This document shows, piece by piece, positions 9,073 to 19,191 of a stretch of 64,000 nt of DNA. Positions within the stretch are counted from its first letter, which is position 1, and each line of letters starts with the position of its first letter. The stretch covers positions 2,338-66,337 of the forward strand of contig OMYD01000001.1 in assembly GCA_900315195.1 (NCBI GenBank). The letters run 5' to 3'. The notes beneath the pieces were generated by a model that had not been told where the DNA came from, ran no database searches, and saw only the letters and a list, made by a program, of their open reading frames with translations. This DNA is from an uncultured Eubacteriales bacterium (GTDB lineage Bacteria; Bacillota; Clostridia; Oscillospirales; Acutalibacteraceae). A program made the position numbers and the translations under genes.

Positions 9073-11448
9073 ATGAAAAAGCAAAAAGAAATCAAAAAAT
9101 ACCTGCCCCGTGCTCTGGCGGTCGGCATGAGCCTTACAATTATGTGCAGCACTGTAGGCGTAACCGCATACTCTGCGGGCGCGGAACAAAACAAACCCGC
9201 AGCCGCTCAGTCAACAGGCGACGCTTCAACAGGCGCAAAAAACACAAAGGGCACTTCCGACAGCAGGCGTTTCTCAAAGGAAGAAACCGTATATGTAATC
9301 GCTGGCGCCGACGGCAATCCGCAAAAGGTTATTGTCAGCGACTGGATAAAGAACCCTGAAAAGGCAGATAAAATCAAGGATAAGTCAAACCTTACCGACA
9401 TTGAAAACGTAAAGGGCGACGAAACCTATTCAATCGACGAAAACAAAATGCTCGAATGGGGCGCAAACGGTCAGGATATTTACTACAAGGGCAAATCCAA
9501 CGAGCAGCTCCCCGTCGGAGTATCGATTCAGTACACGCTCGACGGCAAGCCCGTTGCTCCCAAGGATCTCGCGGGTAAGAGCGGAAAGCTCAAGATGACG
9601 TTTACCTACACAAACCGCCGGTTTGAGGAAGTTAAAATCGGGGACAAAAAAGAGAAAATCTACGTTCCCTTTGTAATGCTTACCGGCATGATGCTCGATA
9701 ACGAAAAATTCACCAACGTCAACGTATCAAACGGCAAGGTAATCAACGACGGCAACCATACCTACGTCGCGGGTTTCGCTCTTCCGGGGCTCAACGAAAG
9801 CCTTGCGCTCGGCGATAAGCTCGACCTTCCCTCAAGCGTTGAAATCACCGCCGACGTAAAGGATTTTGAGCTAGCTACAACCCTTACCGTAGCTACAAAC
9901 GACGTATTCAACGACATCGACACCTCTAAATTTGACGGAGACATCGAGAAACTCAAGAAGAAACTCAAGGAAATGACCGACGGAGTAAATCAGCTTGCCG
10001 ACGGCAGTTCTCAGCTTTACAGCGGACTGAATACTCTGCTTAACAAATCTGGCGATTTAATTGAAGGCGTCAATCAGCTTTACGACGGAGCCAATCAGCT
10101 TCAAAGCGGCGCCGCTTCTCTCGACAGCGGCGCGGGCAATCTTGAAAGCGGCGCGGCAACCCTCGACGGCGGCGTATCAAAGCTTCAAAGCGGCGTTTCA
10201 GCCCTTGACAAAGGCGCCGGCGACCTGAGCAACGGCGCAGAAACGCTTGACGGCGGAGTAGCCACACTTAAATATTACATCGGCCAGCTGGCGGGCGGCC
10301 TTGATCAGATTTCCGCCAACAGCACCAAGCTTCAGAACGGCGCGGCTCAGGTGTTCAAAACATTCCTCTCCGAGGCAGACAAACAAATAGCTGCGGCAGG
10401 ACTCAAGGCAGAGCCGCTTACAATCGAAAATTATTCAACCGTACTCAATTCTCTTATTGAACAATTAAGCGAAGAAAAAGTAAGCAAGCTTGCGTATGAC
10501 ACAGCTTATAAAACAGTAAGCTCAACCGTAGAGAGTCAGCGCGACTTTATTCGTCAGTCTGTTGAGGCGGCAATCAGAAAGCAGGTTACAGACGGCGTTC
10601 TTGCGGCTGCGGGCTTAGACATGGACAGCGACTCATACGACGCGGCAGTTGCGGCGGGTCAGATCCCTGACGATGTTCAGCTTCAGGTAAGCAAAGGCGT
10701 TGCCGCTCAGATGGCGGGAATGACATCTACAATTGACGAAACCGTTGAGGCAAAAATCACCGCGGCAATTGATAGTAATATGCAGAGCGAAGAGGTTAAG
10801 TCACAGATTGCACAGGCTGTTCAGCAGGCAGCGGCCGGCAGAGAATCACTAAAGGCGCTTAAAGCTCAGCTTGACAGCTACAACGTTTTCTACACCGGTC
10901 TTATCGGATATACCAACGGCGTTGACAAAGCAAACAGCGGAGCTTTGGAAATTTTCAACAACACAGTTCTGCTAAAGAACGGCTCAGCAAACCTTGCCGG
11001 CGGAGCCGGTGAGATTAAAGCAGGAACCGGTCAGATAAAAAGCGGCACCTCCGACTTAAAGAACGGTTCGTCTCAGCTTAAAGCAGGCTCGTCTCAGCTT
11101 AAAGCAGGCGCAAGCAGATTGCACTCGGGAGCCACACAGCTCTTTAACGGTATTACATCACTCAAAAACGGAGCGGGCTCGCTTATCAGCGGTATAACCC
11201 AGCTTAATAACGGCTCTCAGAAACTTGATGAAGGCATGCAGAAGTTCAAAAAAGAAGGCGCCGACGCAATTGTAAAAGCGGTCAACGGCGATGTAAAGGG
11301 ACTGGCCGACAGATTCAAGGCTCTTGTTTCGGTATCAAAAAATTACAAGTCCTTCAGCGGCGTTTCCGACGATATGGACGGCAAGGTTGACTTCATCTTC
11401 AAGACCGAATCCATAAGCCCCGAAAAAGCAAGCGACAAAAAGAAATAA
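9073..11448 (+). CDS. YhgE/Pip-like exported protein with X-X-X-Leu-X-X-Gly heptad repeats, partner of the MMPL transporter
   Basis: signal peptide, KEETVYV..IVSDW motif, many QLxxGA heptads, C-terminal VDFIFKTESI. Confidence 0.75.
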   Translation: MKKQKEIKKYLPRALAVGMSLTIMCSTVGVTAYSAGAEQNKPAAAQSTGDASTGAKNTKGTSDSRRFSKEETVYVIAGADGNPQKVIVSDWIKNPEKADKIKDKSNLTDIENVKGDETYSIDENKMLEWGANGQDIYYKGKSNEQLPVGVSIQYTLDGKPVAPKDLAGKSGKLKMTFTYTNRRFEEVKIGDKKEKIYVPFVMLTGMMLDNEKFTNVNVSNGKVINDGNHTYVAGFALPGLNESLALGDKLDLPSSVEITADVKDFELATTLTVATNDVFNDIDTSKFDGDIEKLKKKLKEMTDGVNQLADGSSQLYSGLNTLLNKSGDLIEGVNQLYDGANQLQSGAASLDSGAGNLESGAATLDGGVSKLQSGVSALDKGAGDLSNGAETLDGGVATLKYYIGQLAGGLDQISANSTKLQNGAAQVFKTFLSEADKQIAAAGLKAEPLTIENYSTVLNSLIEQLSEEKVSKLAYDTAYKTVSSTVESQRDFIRQSVEAAIRKQVTDGVLAAAGLDMDSDSYDAAVAAGQIPDDVQLQVSKGVAAQMAGMTSTIDETVEAKITAAIDSNMQSEEVKSQIAQAVQQAAAGRESLKALKAQLDSYNVFYTGLIGYTNGVDKANSGALEIFNNTVLLKNGSANLAGGAGEIKAGTGQIKSGTSDLKNGSSQLKAGSSQLKAGASRLHSGATQLFNGITSLKNGAGSLISGITQLNNGSQKLDEGMQKFKKEGADAIVKAVNGDVKGLADRFKALVSVSKNYKSFSGVSDDMDGKVDFIFKTESISPEKASDKKK

Positions 11449-11463
11449 CAAACGACCTTTCAT

Positions 11464-11508
11464 GGACCGGCTCAAAATCTCATTCCGAGTTTTGAGCCGT
11501 CCTTTTTT
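11464..11508 (+). terminator. intrinsic terminator
   Basis: GGACCGGCTCAAAA...TTTTGAGCCGTCC followed by TTTTTT. Confidence 0.8.
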
Positions 11509-11511
11509 GAA

Positions 11512-11540
11512 TTGACTTACGCAATCCGGTGTGATATACT
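11512..11540 (+). promoter_or_regulatory. sigma-A promoter of the mgtE leader
   Basis: TTGACT-17 nt-TATACT with extended -10 TG. Confidence 0.75.
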
Positions 11541-11572
11541 ATTATTAATATAAAGCAAGTGAGGTGAGATAT

Positions 11573-11674
11573 GTGACAAACGGCGATAGTTACGGGCCCG
11601 GCGGGCGCAGGCAGCATATTGACAAATGCGTGAGCAGGCAAGGCATTGCCGCGCGTTGCGTTCTCACGCTCTGA
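11573..11674 (+). CDS. putative 33-aa leader peptide (MTNGDSYGPGGRRQHIDKCVSRQGIAARCVLTL)
   Basis: GAGGTG RBS at 11561, GTG start 6 nt later, TGA at 11672-11674 just before a terminator; below ORF-track size cut-off. Confidence 0.5.
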   Translation: MTNGDSYGPGGRRQHIDKCVSRQGIAARCVLTL

Positions 11675-11687
11675 TTTAGTGCTGTCT

Positions 11688-11720
11688 GCCCCTGTGTGAC
11701 GCTTCATACAGGGGCTTTTT
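11688..11720 (+). terminator. attenuator terminator in the mgtE 5' leader
   Basis: 12-bp stem GCCCCTGTGTGA/TCATACAGGGGC, 4-nt loop, then TTTTT; lies between promoter and mgtE start. Confidence 0.8.
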
Positions 11721-11775
11721 GCGCCTTATAAGCCCCTTTCTAGCCGAGATACTATTCTGTTTAGGAGGGATTTAC

Positions 11776-13209
11776 ATGATAAATCAAGTAATTACGCCTG
11801 CCGATGAAAAGGAAATCGTAGCGGTCAGACCTGACTACGAAAGCGAAATCATCAGCGTTATCCGCAGCAATTCCTCGCCAAAGGCCGCGCAAAATAAGCT
11901 TGAGGACTACCACGGCAGCGACATAGCGCAGGCAATCGACTCTCTTACGGTTCAGGAGCGCAAAAAGCTCTACCGCATCTGTTCTCCCGTTATGCTGGCA
12001 GAGGCCCTTGAACACCTCGACGAGGAAAAAGCGGCGGAATTTTTCAGCGAGCTTGACGTAAAAAAAGCGGCGGCTGCAGTAGAGGAGCTCGACACCGACA
12101 CCGCGGCAAACATTCTGCATACAATCGAAAAGCAAAAGCGCGAGCTGATTATCGAGGCTTTGTCGCCCGAGGTGCGCCGTGATGTTCGTCTGCTGGCATC
12201 ATTTGACGCGGATGAAATCGGCAGCAAAATGACCACAGACTGCATTGTCATCCGCGAAAACCTGAGTGTTCCCGACGCGATGACCGAGCTTGTAAGTCAG
12301 GCAAAGGAAAACGACAACATAGCGACAATCTTTGTCGTTGACGAGGACGATGAATTCTACGGCGCAATTGAGCTGCGCGATTTACTCACCGCAAAAAAGA
12401 CAACCGAGCTTGACGAGCTTATTCTCACATCGTTCCCGTACGTTTACGCTCACGAGAGCATTGACGACTGTCTGGAGGATTTGAAGGATTATTCCGAGGC
12501 GTTTATACCCGTGCTCGATAACGGCAACCGTTTTTTGGGTATAATTACTTCCCAGAGCATAGTCGAGGTCGTCGATGAGGAAATGGGCGAAGACTACGCA
12601 AAGCTGGCGGGTCTTATCGCCGAGGAGGACTTAAAGGAACCGCTGCTTCAAAGCATGAAAAAACGCCTTCCTTGGCTTTTGGCCCTGCTTGGACTCGGCA
12701 TTGTGGTATCCTCGGTAGTAGGCGTATTTGAGGGTATTGTGTCGCAGCTTACAATGATAATGGCGTTTCAGTCACTGATTTTGGACATGTCAGGTAACGT
12801 CGGCACACAGTCGCTTGCCGTCACCATACGCGTGCTGACCGACGAAAATCTTACCGTCGGGCAAAAGCTTCACCTTGTGGTTAAAGAAAGCCGCGTGGGT
12901 TTCTTCAACGGTCTGCTTTTAGGAGCAATCTCCATTATTCTTGTCGGCTTTTACATCTTTCTTATCAAGCAAAAGGAGCTTGTCTTTGCGTTTTCCGTAT
13001 CTGGCTGTATCGGCATCTCTCTTATGCTGGCGATGGCAATTTCAAGCACGGTAGGCACGCTTATTCCGCTGTTTTTCAAGAGAATAAAGGTAGACCCCGC
13101 TGTCGCGTCAGGTCCCCTTATCACCACGATAAACGACTTGGTAGCCGTTGTAACCTACTACGGATTAAGCGGCTTGCTGCTTATTAATGTAATGCATCTC
13201 AACAGCTGA
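11776..13209 (+). CDS. mgtE: magnesium transporter MgtE
   Basis: N domain, CBS pair, 5 TM; KRLPWL, GNVGTQS, DPAVASGPLITTIND; AGGAGG RBS before ATG 11776. Confidence 0.95.
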   Translation: MINQVITPADEKEIVAVRPDYESEIISVIRSNSSPKAAQNKLEDYHGSDIAQAIDSLTVQERKKLYRICSPVMLAEALEHLDEEKAAEFFSELDVKKAAAAVEELDTDTAANILHTIEKQKRELIIEALSPEVRRDVRLLASFDADEIGSKMTTDCIVIRENLSVPDAMTELVSQAKENDNIATIFVVDEDDEFYGAIELRDLLTAKKTTELDELILTSFPYVYAHESIDDCLEDLKDYSEAFIPVLDNGNRFLGIITSQSIVEVVDEEMGEDYAKLAGLIAEEDLKEPLLQSMKKRLPWLLALLGLGIVVSSVVGVFEGIVSQLTMIMAFQSLILDMSGNVGTQSLAVTIRVLTDENLTVGQKLHLVVKESRVGFFNGLLLGAISIILVGFYIFLIKQKELVFAFSVSGCIGISLMLAMAISSTVGTLIPLFFKRIKVDPAVASGPLITTINDLVAVVTYYGLSGLLLINVMHLNS

Positions 13210-13236
13210 AAACAACGTTTATCGGGAGAATAACTT

Positions 13237-13692
13237 ATGATAAAGATTCTTTTTGTTTGCCACGGCAATATATGCCGCAGCCCCATGGCTGAGTTTGTAA
13301 TGAAGCGTCTTGTAAGGGAGCGCGGCGTTGAGCGCGATTTTTTAATCAAATCCGCTGCGACAAGCCGCGAGGAGCTTGGCAACCCCGTTTATCCCCCTGC
13401 CCGCCGAATGCTCGCCCGACACGGAATAAGCTGCAGCGGAAAAACCGCTGTTCAGATGACAAAAAGCGACTACGAAATATACGATTATATTATCGCCATG
13501 GATTCTATGAATGTGCGCAACATAATGCGCATCATCGGCAAAGACAATCAGGAAAAAGTTTCCATGCTGCTTGATTTCACAAATCATCCGCGCAGTGTTG
13601 CCGATCCCTGGTACACCGGAGACTTTGACGCAACCTACAATGACGTTACGGAAGGCTGCAAGGCACTGTTGAATACAATATTATCAAGCTGA
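13237..13692 (+). CDS. low-molecular-weight protein-tyrosine phosphatase
   Basis: VCHGNICRSPMAE P-loop, DPWY. Confidence 0.93.
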   Translation: MIKILFVCHGNICRSPMAEFVMKRLVRERGVERDFLIKSAATSREELGNPVYPPARRMLARHGISCSGKTAVQMTKSDYEIYDYIIAMDSMNVRNIMRIIGKDNQEKVSMLLDFTNHPRSVADPWYTGDFDATYNDVTEGCKALLNTILSS

Positions 13693-13719
13693 AAAAAGGA
13701 GCCTTGCGGCTCCTTTTTT
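13692..13719. terminator. bidirectional terminator
   Basis: AAAAAAGGAGCC-TTGC-GGCTCCTTTTTT between convergent genes. Confidence 0.85.
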
Positions 13720-13764
13720 ATATTGTTTTTAATCAAAACACCTTGAAACAGTTTTTGAAAAATT

Positions 13765-14592
13765 TTATTTGATAATAGTATCAGGTTTCAGATATATGAG
13801 TACCAGCTCGCGCGGATTTCCCCATCGCGGCAGCGCAACGGTATTTGAGCAGCCCGCCGAAACAACTAAACGATTATAGAAAACTCCGCTGTCGTATTTT
13901 GGAAACAATCCGCTTCTTGACGAAAGAACGCCCTTGCCGAACAGCTTAAACTGACCCCCGTGGTTGTGCCCCGCCAGCGTAAGGTCAATATCTTTCCCTG
14001 CGACAAAACTGTCATAATAGTTCGGATGGTGGCACAGCAGCAGCTTAAAACCGGGTTTGCGCGCAAATTCCTCAAGCCATTTTTCGTCAGGCTCATTTGA
14101 CAGACCGCCGATATATATCCGCTCATCATGGATAGCGGCGCAGACATCAGCGTTATCCAATAAAAAAATCCCGTTGTCGCGCAGCAGGGAAATGTCATCC
14201 TCAAGCAGCTTTTCCTCATGGTTGCCCAAGCTCATAAACATAGGCACAAGCTTTGAGGATTCCCTCAAAAACTCATACGCGTTAGCTGTTTGGGGCATAT
14301 TCTTTTTACCAAAAATCCTCATCAGATTATAATTTACGTAAAAAGCGGTTGTTAAAAATACCCTGCGGGGAAGCCGCATACTGTTTTTATGGCACGGTTT
14401 ATTTTTTTCGTTGTCAAAGCGCTCAAATGTATCCCCCGCAATTAGAATCAAGTCGGGCTTTGATTCTTTCAGCAATTCAAGGATATCATTGCATTTGCGC
14501 TCATGAATGTCTGACACAAGCGCCAGTGTGAGCGGTTTTTTTATTTTAGGAACCGACAGACTGTATTCTGTCAATACGGCTTTTTTGGGCAT
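13765..14592 (-). CDS. metallophosphoesterase (calcineurin-like, YkuE type)
   Basis: SDIH, AGD, GNHE, LCHHP, AGHNHGGQ motifs. Confidence 0.9.
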   Translation of the reverse strand: MPKKAVLTEYSLSVPKIKKPLTLALVSDIHERKCNDILELLKESKPDLILIAGDTFERFDNEKNKPCHKNSMRLPRRVFLTTAFYVNYNLMRIFGKKNMPQTANAYEFLRESSKLVPMFMSLGNHEEKLLEDDISLLRDNGIFLLDNADVCAAIHDERIYIGGLSNEPDEKWLEEFARKPGFKLLLCHHPNYYDSFVAGKDIDLTLAGHNHGGQFKLFGKGVLSSRSGLFPKYDSGVFYNRLVVSAGCSNTVALPRWGNPRELVLIYLKPDTIIK

Positions 14593-14673
14593 ACTTTTCG
14601 CTCCGAATAATACTGATACAATGTAATAATTCTACAAATTCGGCGCGTAAAAATCAAGCGCCCTTATCTTAGT

Positions 14674-15864
14674 TTATGAAGCTGCGCGCGCCAATAGAAC
14701 CAGGTCGCGGTTATTAAGCTCATTATCTCTGTTCATATCCGCCGCTTCTCTTTCACACGCCGAGAGAACAACGCTGTCTGTCATGCTTTTCATAAGCGTG
14801 CGCACATCCTCTCCCGTAACCGTTGCGCTGCCGTCAATGTCGCCCGTAACGACAATTTCTCCGGTATTGCCGCTGAAAACCGCCCTGTCACCTGTTCTAA
14901 GCTTACCCGCGGTCAATTCGGAATTATCCCTGCCGCGCAGTATTGCCCCCGGGTATTTGTCTTTAAACGCTTTTACGGTTGTTCCCTGCGCGCATATTAT
15001 AATATCTCCAATCGAGCGCGGAGACGAACCGAACGAAGACCCCTCGGCTTTGTCATTAATATCCTTTACAGTGCAGGAATAATCCTTATTAAGCGACGCG
15101 AACTTATCTCCTGACGCCGCGATAAGCATGTCTTTGTCACTCTTAATTATACTGCCGTTAACCTTCACAGCAAGCTTTGACCCGATATACTGAACTCCGC
15201 CTGCCAGATTTACAAGCGACCGGCCTGACGTGTATACATAGCCCCGTCCCGCGTCGGTTACTGTTCCGTTATCGGGCATTTGACAGCAGAAGGATTTTTC
15301 TCCCTTTGAAAGCCTGAAAACCCTTTTGTCAATGGTAAGCGCGTACGCACGGCTGTCGTTTACAAACAACTGCCTTACATCCGCTTCAAACCGATATGTA
15401 TAATTTGAGTTTTCAGTATATCCCGTAACAAATGAAACACCGTTCTCAACTATAATCAAAAACAACTCGCCGTCAGCCTCGGCTATCGAGGAAAACTGGA
15501 CGTTCTTTCCCGAAACTATTTCACGGTAATACAGCCTGCCGCTGTTTATGTTAAGACGGGCGGCGCCAAACTTTTCATAACCTGAACTATATAAAGCGCA
15601 CAGATTATCTTCATCGTGACAAACCGCCAAAACATTGCCGGAAACGGTTGCCTTTCGCGCCGAATCATCGGGAACGACCCGCGCCGAACATATTGTCTTT
15701 TCATAAAACCCGTAAAAATATGCAGAAGAGTTTCCGCTGTACGCAAAAACTCTTCTGCATATACTCAATTCATCATATTTAACGCTTTTTTCAGCACGCA
15801 CGAATTGCGCGGAAACAACAAGCAGGGCAAAAACGACCAAACACGAAAACGCGCGCTTAATCAT
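14674..15864 (-). CDS. secreted protein with C-terminal dockerin domain
   Basis: signal peptide; paired Ca-loop repeats GDIDGSATVTGEDV and ADMNRDNELNNRDLVLL. Confidence 0.75.
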   Translation of the reverse strand: MIKRAFSCLVVFALLVVSAQFVRAEKSVKYDELSICRRVFAYSGNSSAYFYGFYEKTICSARVVPDDSARKATVSGNVLAVCHDEDNLCALYSSGYEKFGAARLNINSGRLYYREIVSGKNVQFSSIAEADGELFLIIVENGVSFVTGYTENSNYTYRFEADVRQLFVNDSRAYALTIDKRVFRLSKGEKSFCCQMPDNGTVTDAGRGYVYTSGRSLVNLAGGVQYIGSKLAVKVNGSIIKSDKDMLIAASGDKFASLNKDYSCTVKDINDKAEGSSFGSSPRSIGDIIICAQGTTVKAFKDKYPGAILRGRDNSELTAGKLRTGDRAVFSGNTGEIVVTGDIDGSATVTGEDVRTLMKSMTDSVVLSACEREAADMNRDNELNNRDLVLLARAAS

Positions 15865-16030
15865 TTCTCCACCCCCTTATTATAGGCAATACCGCACAAT
15901 TCAATCGAATTAACAATATATTAATATTATATCATCTTTTAACTCAAGCCGCAATCCAAATTTTCATGCCTGTTTTTGTGCAGTTTGCAAACCTTGTCGA
16001 AAAAAGGGTGTAGTTTTCTTATTTTCGCTA

Positions 16031-18070
16031 TTATTCGGAAATCTGTACAACCTTATAAACGCCCACGGTTTTAAGCTTAATTGGTGAATTGCTGTAAGAA
16101 ACCGGATAAGAAAACTTTTTTTCCAAAACCAACGAAACTGTATTGCTGCCGTTAAAATAATGATAACGATAAAAATCCTCGTAGGTTTTTTTCCTTTCTT
16201 CCAATGTAAGCGTACCGTTGTCCTCAATAATCAGTCTGTTATCGCTGTTGATCAAATCCTTCATATAATTATCAATATGGTTCTCTTTCAAAGTGTTTTC
16301 AAAATAATCCGATGACTGGTACCATCCCAAAACGACCTCGTTCCCGGCAACGCTCGGAACAAGCAATGCGTTATAATACCCTGAGTCAAGATAAGCGCTT
16401 GTCAATATCCTGTTAAAAAACAGCCCCTTGTCATGCTGTTCAACATATCTTCTTAGCGACATATCATGAGTAAAGGAGTTGTCATGATAGTAACCGTTGT
16501 AAAGGCAAACAGACGGAACAATAATACCTATAACAAGCACAGCTGACGCGGCAATCTGCCTGACCTTCGGGTGACGCGGTTTCTCAATAATAGGATTCAT
16601 CAAAAACAAAAGATAAACTACGGATGGGAGCAGAATAGCGTACGCGACTCTATAGCTCATTCTGAATGTGTTCTGATACAAGTACAGTGCCATCGGTGCC
16701 GGTGAAAAGGCAATACATGCCAAATCGTTACGCCGTTTATCAAAAAACAGCGAGCAAATAACAACAGCCGCCAATGGAATAAATAAAAAGTTGTAAGGGT
16801 CAATCTTCGCAGTAAAAAAGAACAAAACCCACAAAGCGATAACAAAAACATCAATAAACGCTTTTGAAAAGCTTAACTTAATTTTCTTCCGTTTAATGTA
16901 TTTTAAGCAGATAACAACGCAAATAAACACCGCGGCAGACAATACAAAAAGGACAACAGACGCAAACAGCCCGTCGCTGACTGATAAATGCAGCGCGTTC
17001 TTAAATGAAGAAAAAACGTCGGATATATTCCCGGTCAATCTGCTGAAAGATTGCTTTATTGCATAAACCGGTTTTGAATCGCCGTTTTGAATTACATTTT
17101 CGGAATACTCCGAAATCTTTTCCAGAACCCGAGCGTTATACTTTTCATTATCGTACACAAAATGATATAATTCCGCAGAAGAATTAATTCCGACGCTGTT
17201 ATAAAAATCCTCGTTGCCTTCATAAGGAGCCATCTTGTAATCATCCACAAGCATACGAGCATTGTTGTATTCAATATACCGACGATAATTTGAGTCGGAG
17301 CGCTGAATCACTTCCGAACTCAAATAAAGCGCCGCAGAGGCAAAGAAAGCAATTGCCGCGGCAATAACCAGCGACAGGCTTTTCCGAAATGCATCCGCCG
17401 CCTTTCTTCTTATGCTGCTTTGGGATGATTGTTTATACTTTGCGTAAAATACACACAAAACAAATAAAAATGAAAAAGCGGCGCAAACCGCGAAGGGTGT
17501 AAAGCGGAACAAAGCCCCCGCAATAAACAGTACGACAGATATTGCGGTCTGGACTATTTTTACACTTTTGCGTATTTCAAATAAATGCGCGTATGCAAGC
17601 AGCACCATCCCCGCTGTGGGCATAAGCACTGCCGTTTGGGAATACTGCACCTGCAAAACATTTGAAATAAATATAAAACCACTGAAAAACACAGAAACCG
17701 CCACGCCAAGCACAGGCTTCATTTTTTTCAGAAACACATAGCACAGCACAATCATCGAGGCAAAACAACACACCTGCTGAACCAAAGTAAACCAATTTAG
17801 AAACGGTGCCAGCTTTTGAAAGAAGACCAGCAGATTGGTCAAAAAGTAATTAACATACAGGCTGCGCGTTTCTCCTTTGGAAATCAGCAGCGACAGCAAG
17901 TAATCATCGTTGCTGAAATAAGTAAACCTGAATCCGCTGAAAGCTGAGATTATTCCGCCGGTGATAAAACAGATCAACACAGCACAAAGGAGCCTATGAC
18001 TATAAAGTTTTTCGGCAGCAATTAATAAACAAGACTTTTTATCGTCAGGCTTTTGAAGCTGTCCAACCAC
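16031..18070 (-). CDS. polytopic membrane protein, possibly a GT-C-type glycosyltransferase
   Basis: many hydrophobic segments; acidic NDD after the first TM, as in GT-C enzymes (inference). Confidence 0.5.
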   Translation of the reverse strand: MVGQLQKPDDKKSCLLIAAEKLYSHRLLCAVLICFITGGIISAFSGFRFTYFSNDDYLLSLLISKGETRSLYVNYFLTNLLVFFQKLAPFLNWFTLVQQVCCFASMIVLCYVFLKKMKPVLGVAVSVFFSGFIFISNVLQVQYSQTAVLMPTAGMVLLAYAHLFEIRKSVKIVQTAISVVLFIAGALFRFTPFAVCAAFSFLFVLCVFYAKYKQSSQSSIRRKAADAFRKSLSLVIAAAIAFFASAALYLSSEVIQRSDSNYRRYIEYNNARMLVDDYKMAPYEGNEDFYNSVGINSSAELYHFVYDNEKYNARVLEKISEYSENVIQNGDSKPVYAIKQSFSRLTGNISDVFSSFKNALHLSVSDGLFASVVLFVLSAAVFICVVICLKYIKRKKIKLSFSKAFIDVFVIALWVLFFFTAKIDPYNFLFIPLAAVVICSLFFDKRRNDLACIAFSPAPMALYLYQNTFRMSYRVAYAILLPSVVYLLFLMNPIIEKPRHPKVRQIAASAVLVIGIIVPSVCLYNGYYHDNSFTHDMSLRRYVEQHDKGLFFNRILTSAYLDSGYYNALLVPSVAGNEVVLGWYQSSDYFENTLKENHIDNYMKDLINSDNRLIIEDNGTLTLEERKKTYEDFYRYHYFNGSNTVSLVLEKKFSYPVSYSNSPIKLKTVGVYKVVQISE

Positions 18071-18178
18071 ATTATCAACTCCTTTGGAACTTATTACAGC
18101 GCTGAGCCGAACTCATTGCTTTTTTAATTATATCACTGTTTTTTTCTGATTTCCACATAATCCGGCATTTTTAAAAAA

Positions 18179-18207
18179 TTGAATTTCATTTTTTAAAGTG
18201 TTATAAT
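18179..18207 (+). promoter_or_regulatory. sigma-A promoter
   Basis: TTGAAT-17 nt-TATAAT with extended -10 TG. Confidence 0.65.
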
Positions 18208-18340
18208 TATCAAATAAAGGATTATTAAAGTATTGCCGCGTAATACAGATGTGCGGATTCGGCAGCCTTGCGGAATATTATAAAAAGTCATGCACCATGA
18301 ATTATGCGGCATTGCCTTAAAACAGAAACGGAGAAAAACA

Positions 18341-19111
18341 ATGAAAATAACTGTATTAACCGAAAATACAACATGCCGAAATCTGCCCGTTGAGCACGGC
18401 CTGAGCCTGTATATCGAAACCAACGGGCACACCGTTTTATTTGACACGGGGCAAACGCCGCTGTTTTCAGAAAACGCCAAGGCTCTCGGAGTTGACCTTA
18501 AACGCGTTGACACAGCCGTACTGTCGCACGGCCACTATGACCACGGCGGCGGGCTTGCGGCATTTCTGAGTCTGAACGGTACAGCGCCCGTATACATAAA
18601 CCGCCACGCATTTGAGGAGCACTACAACGGTGAAAAATACATCGGGCTTGACAAATCCCTTGAGGGCAACCCGAGGTTTATTCTCACAAGCGGCGTAACA
18701 AAAATAGCGGACGGGCTTACGCTTTACGACTGCGCCGAAAGCGAAAAGCTGATTGATTTAGGCTCATTCGGGCTTAATATGAAACAAAACGGCAGGCTTG
18801 TGCCCGATGATTTCCGCCACGAGCATTATCTGCTTGCTGAGGAGAACGGCAAAAGGATCCTGATAAGCGGCTGCTCTCACAGGGGAATAATAAACATCGC
18901 CGAATGGTTCAAGCCCGACGTGCTTGTCGGCGGCTTTCACTTCAACAAGCTTCCGCTCGATAAAACGCTTCGGGGCTGCGCCGAAAGGCTTGACGCACTC
19001 GGCACGGTATACTACACCTGCCACTGCACGGGCACGGCGCAGTATGAGTACATGAAGCGCTATATGAAAAACCTGAACTACATCGCAACCGGAGATGTTG
19101 CGGAAATATAA
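18341..19111 (+). CDS. MBL-fold metallo-hydrolase
   Basis: EHGLS, FDTG, SHGHYDHGGG, GCSH, GGFH, CHCTG. Confidence 0.9.
   Translation: MKITVLTENTTCRNLPVEHGLSLYIETNGHTVLFDTGQTPLFSENAKALGVDLKRVDTAVLSHGHYDHGGGLAAFLSLNGTAPVYINRHAFEEHYNGEKYIGLDKSLEGNPRFILTSGVTKIADGLTLYDCAESEKLIDLGSFGLNMKQNGRLVPDDFRHEHYLLAEENGKRILISGCSHRGIINIAEWFKPDVLVGGFHFNKLPLDKTLRGCAERLDALGTVYYTCHCTGTAQYEYMKRYMKNLNYIATGDVAEI
19032..19111 (+). repeat. 80-bp direct repeat, copy 1 (3' end of the MBL gene)
   Basis: GCACGGCGCAGTATGAG...GCGGAAATATAA; 79/80 identical to 20368-20447. Confidence 0.95.
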
Positions 19112-19191
19112 CGCTGACTCTCAGCTGACTTTTTAAATAGAACTTGTGAAACCGCTTCATTGGGAGCGGTTTTGTCGCGCATAAAACATGA

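Noticed and set aside
11545-11720. ykoK (M-box) riboswitch
   Set aside because: Apart from AGGTGAG I could not find the conserved M-box segments by eye; an Rfam scan is needed to exclude it formally.
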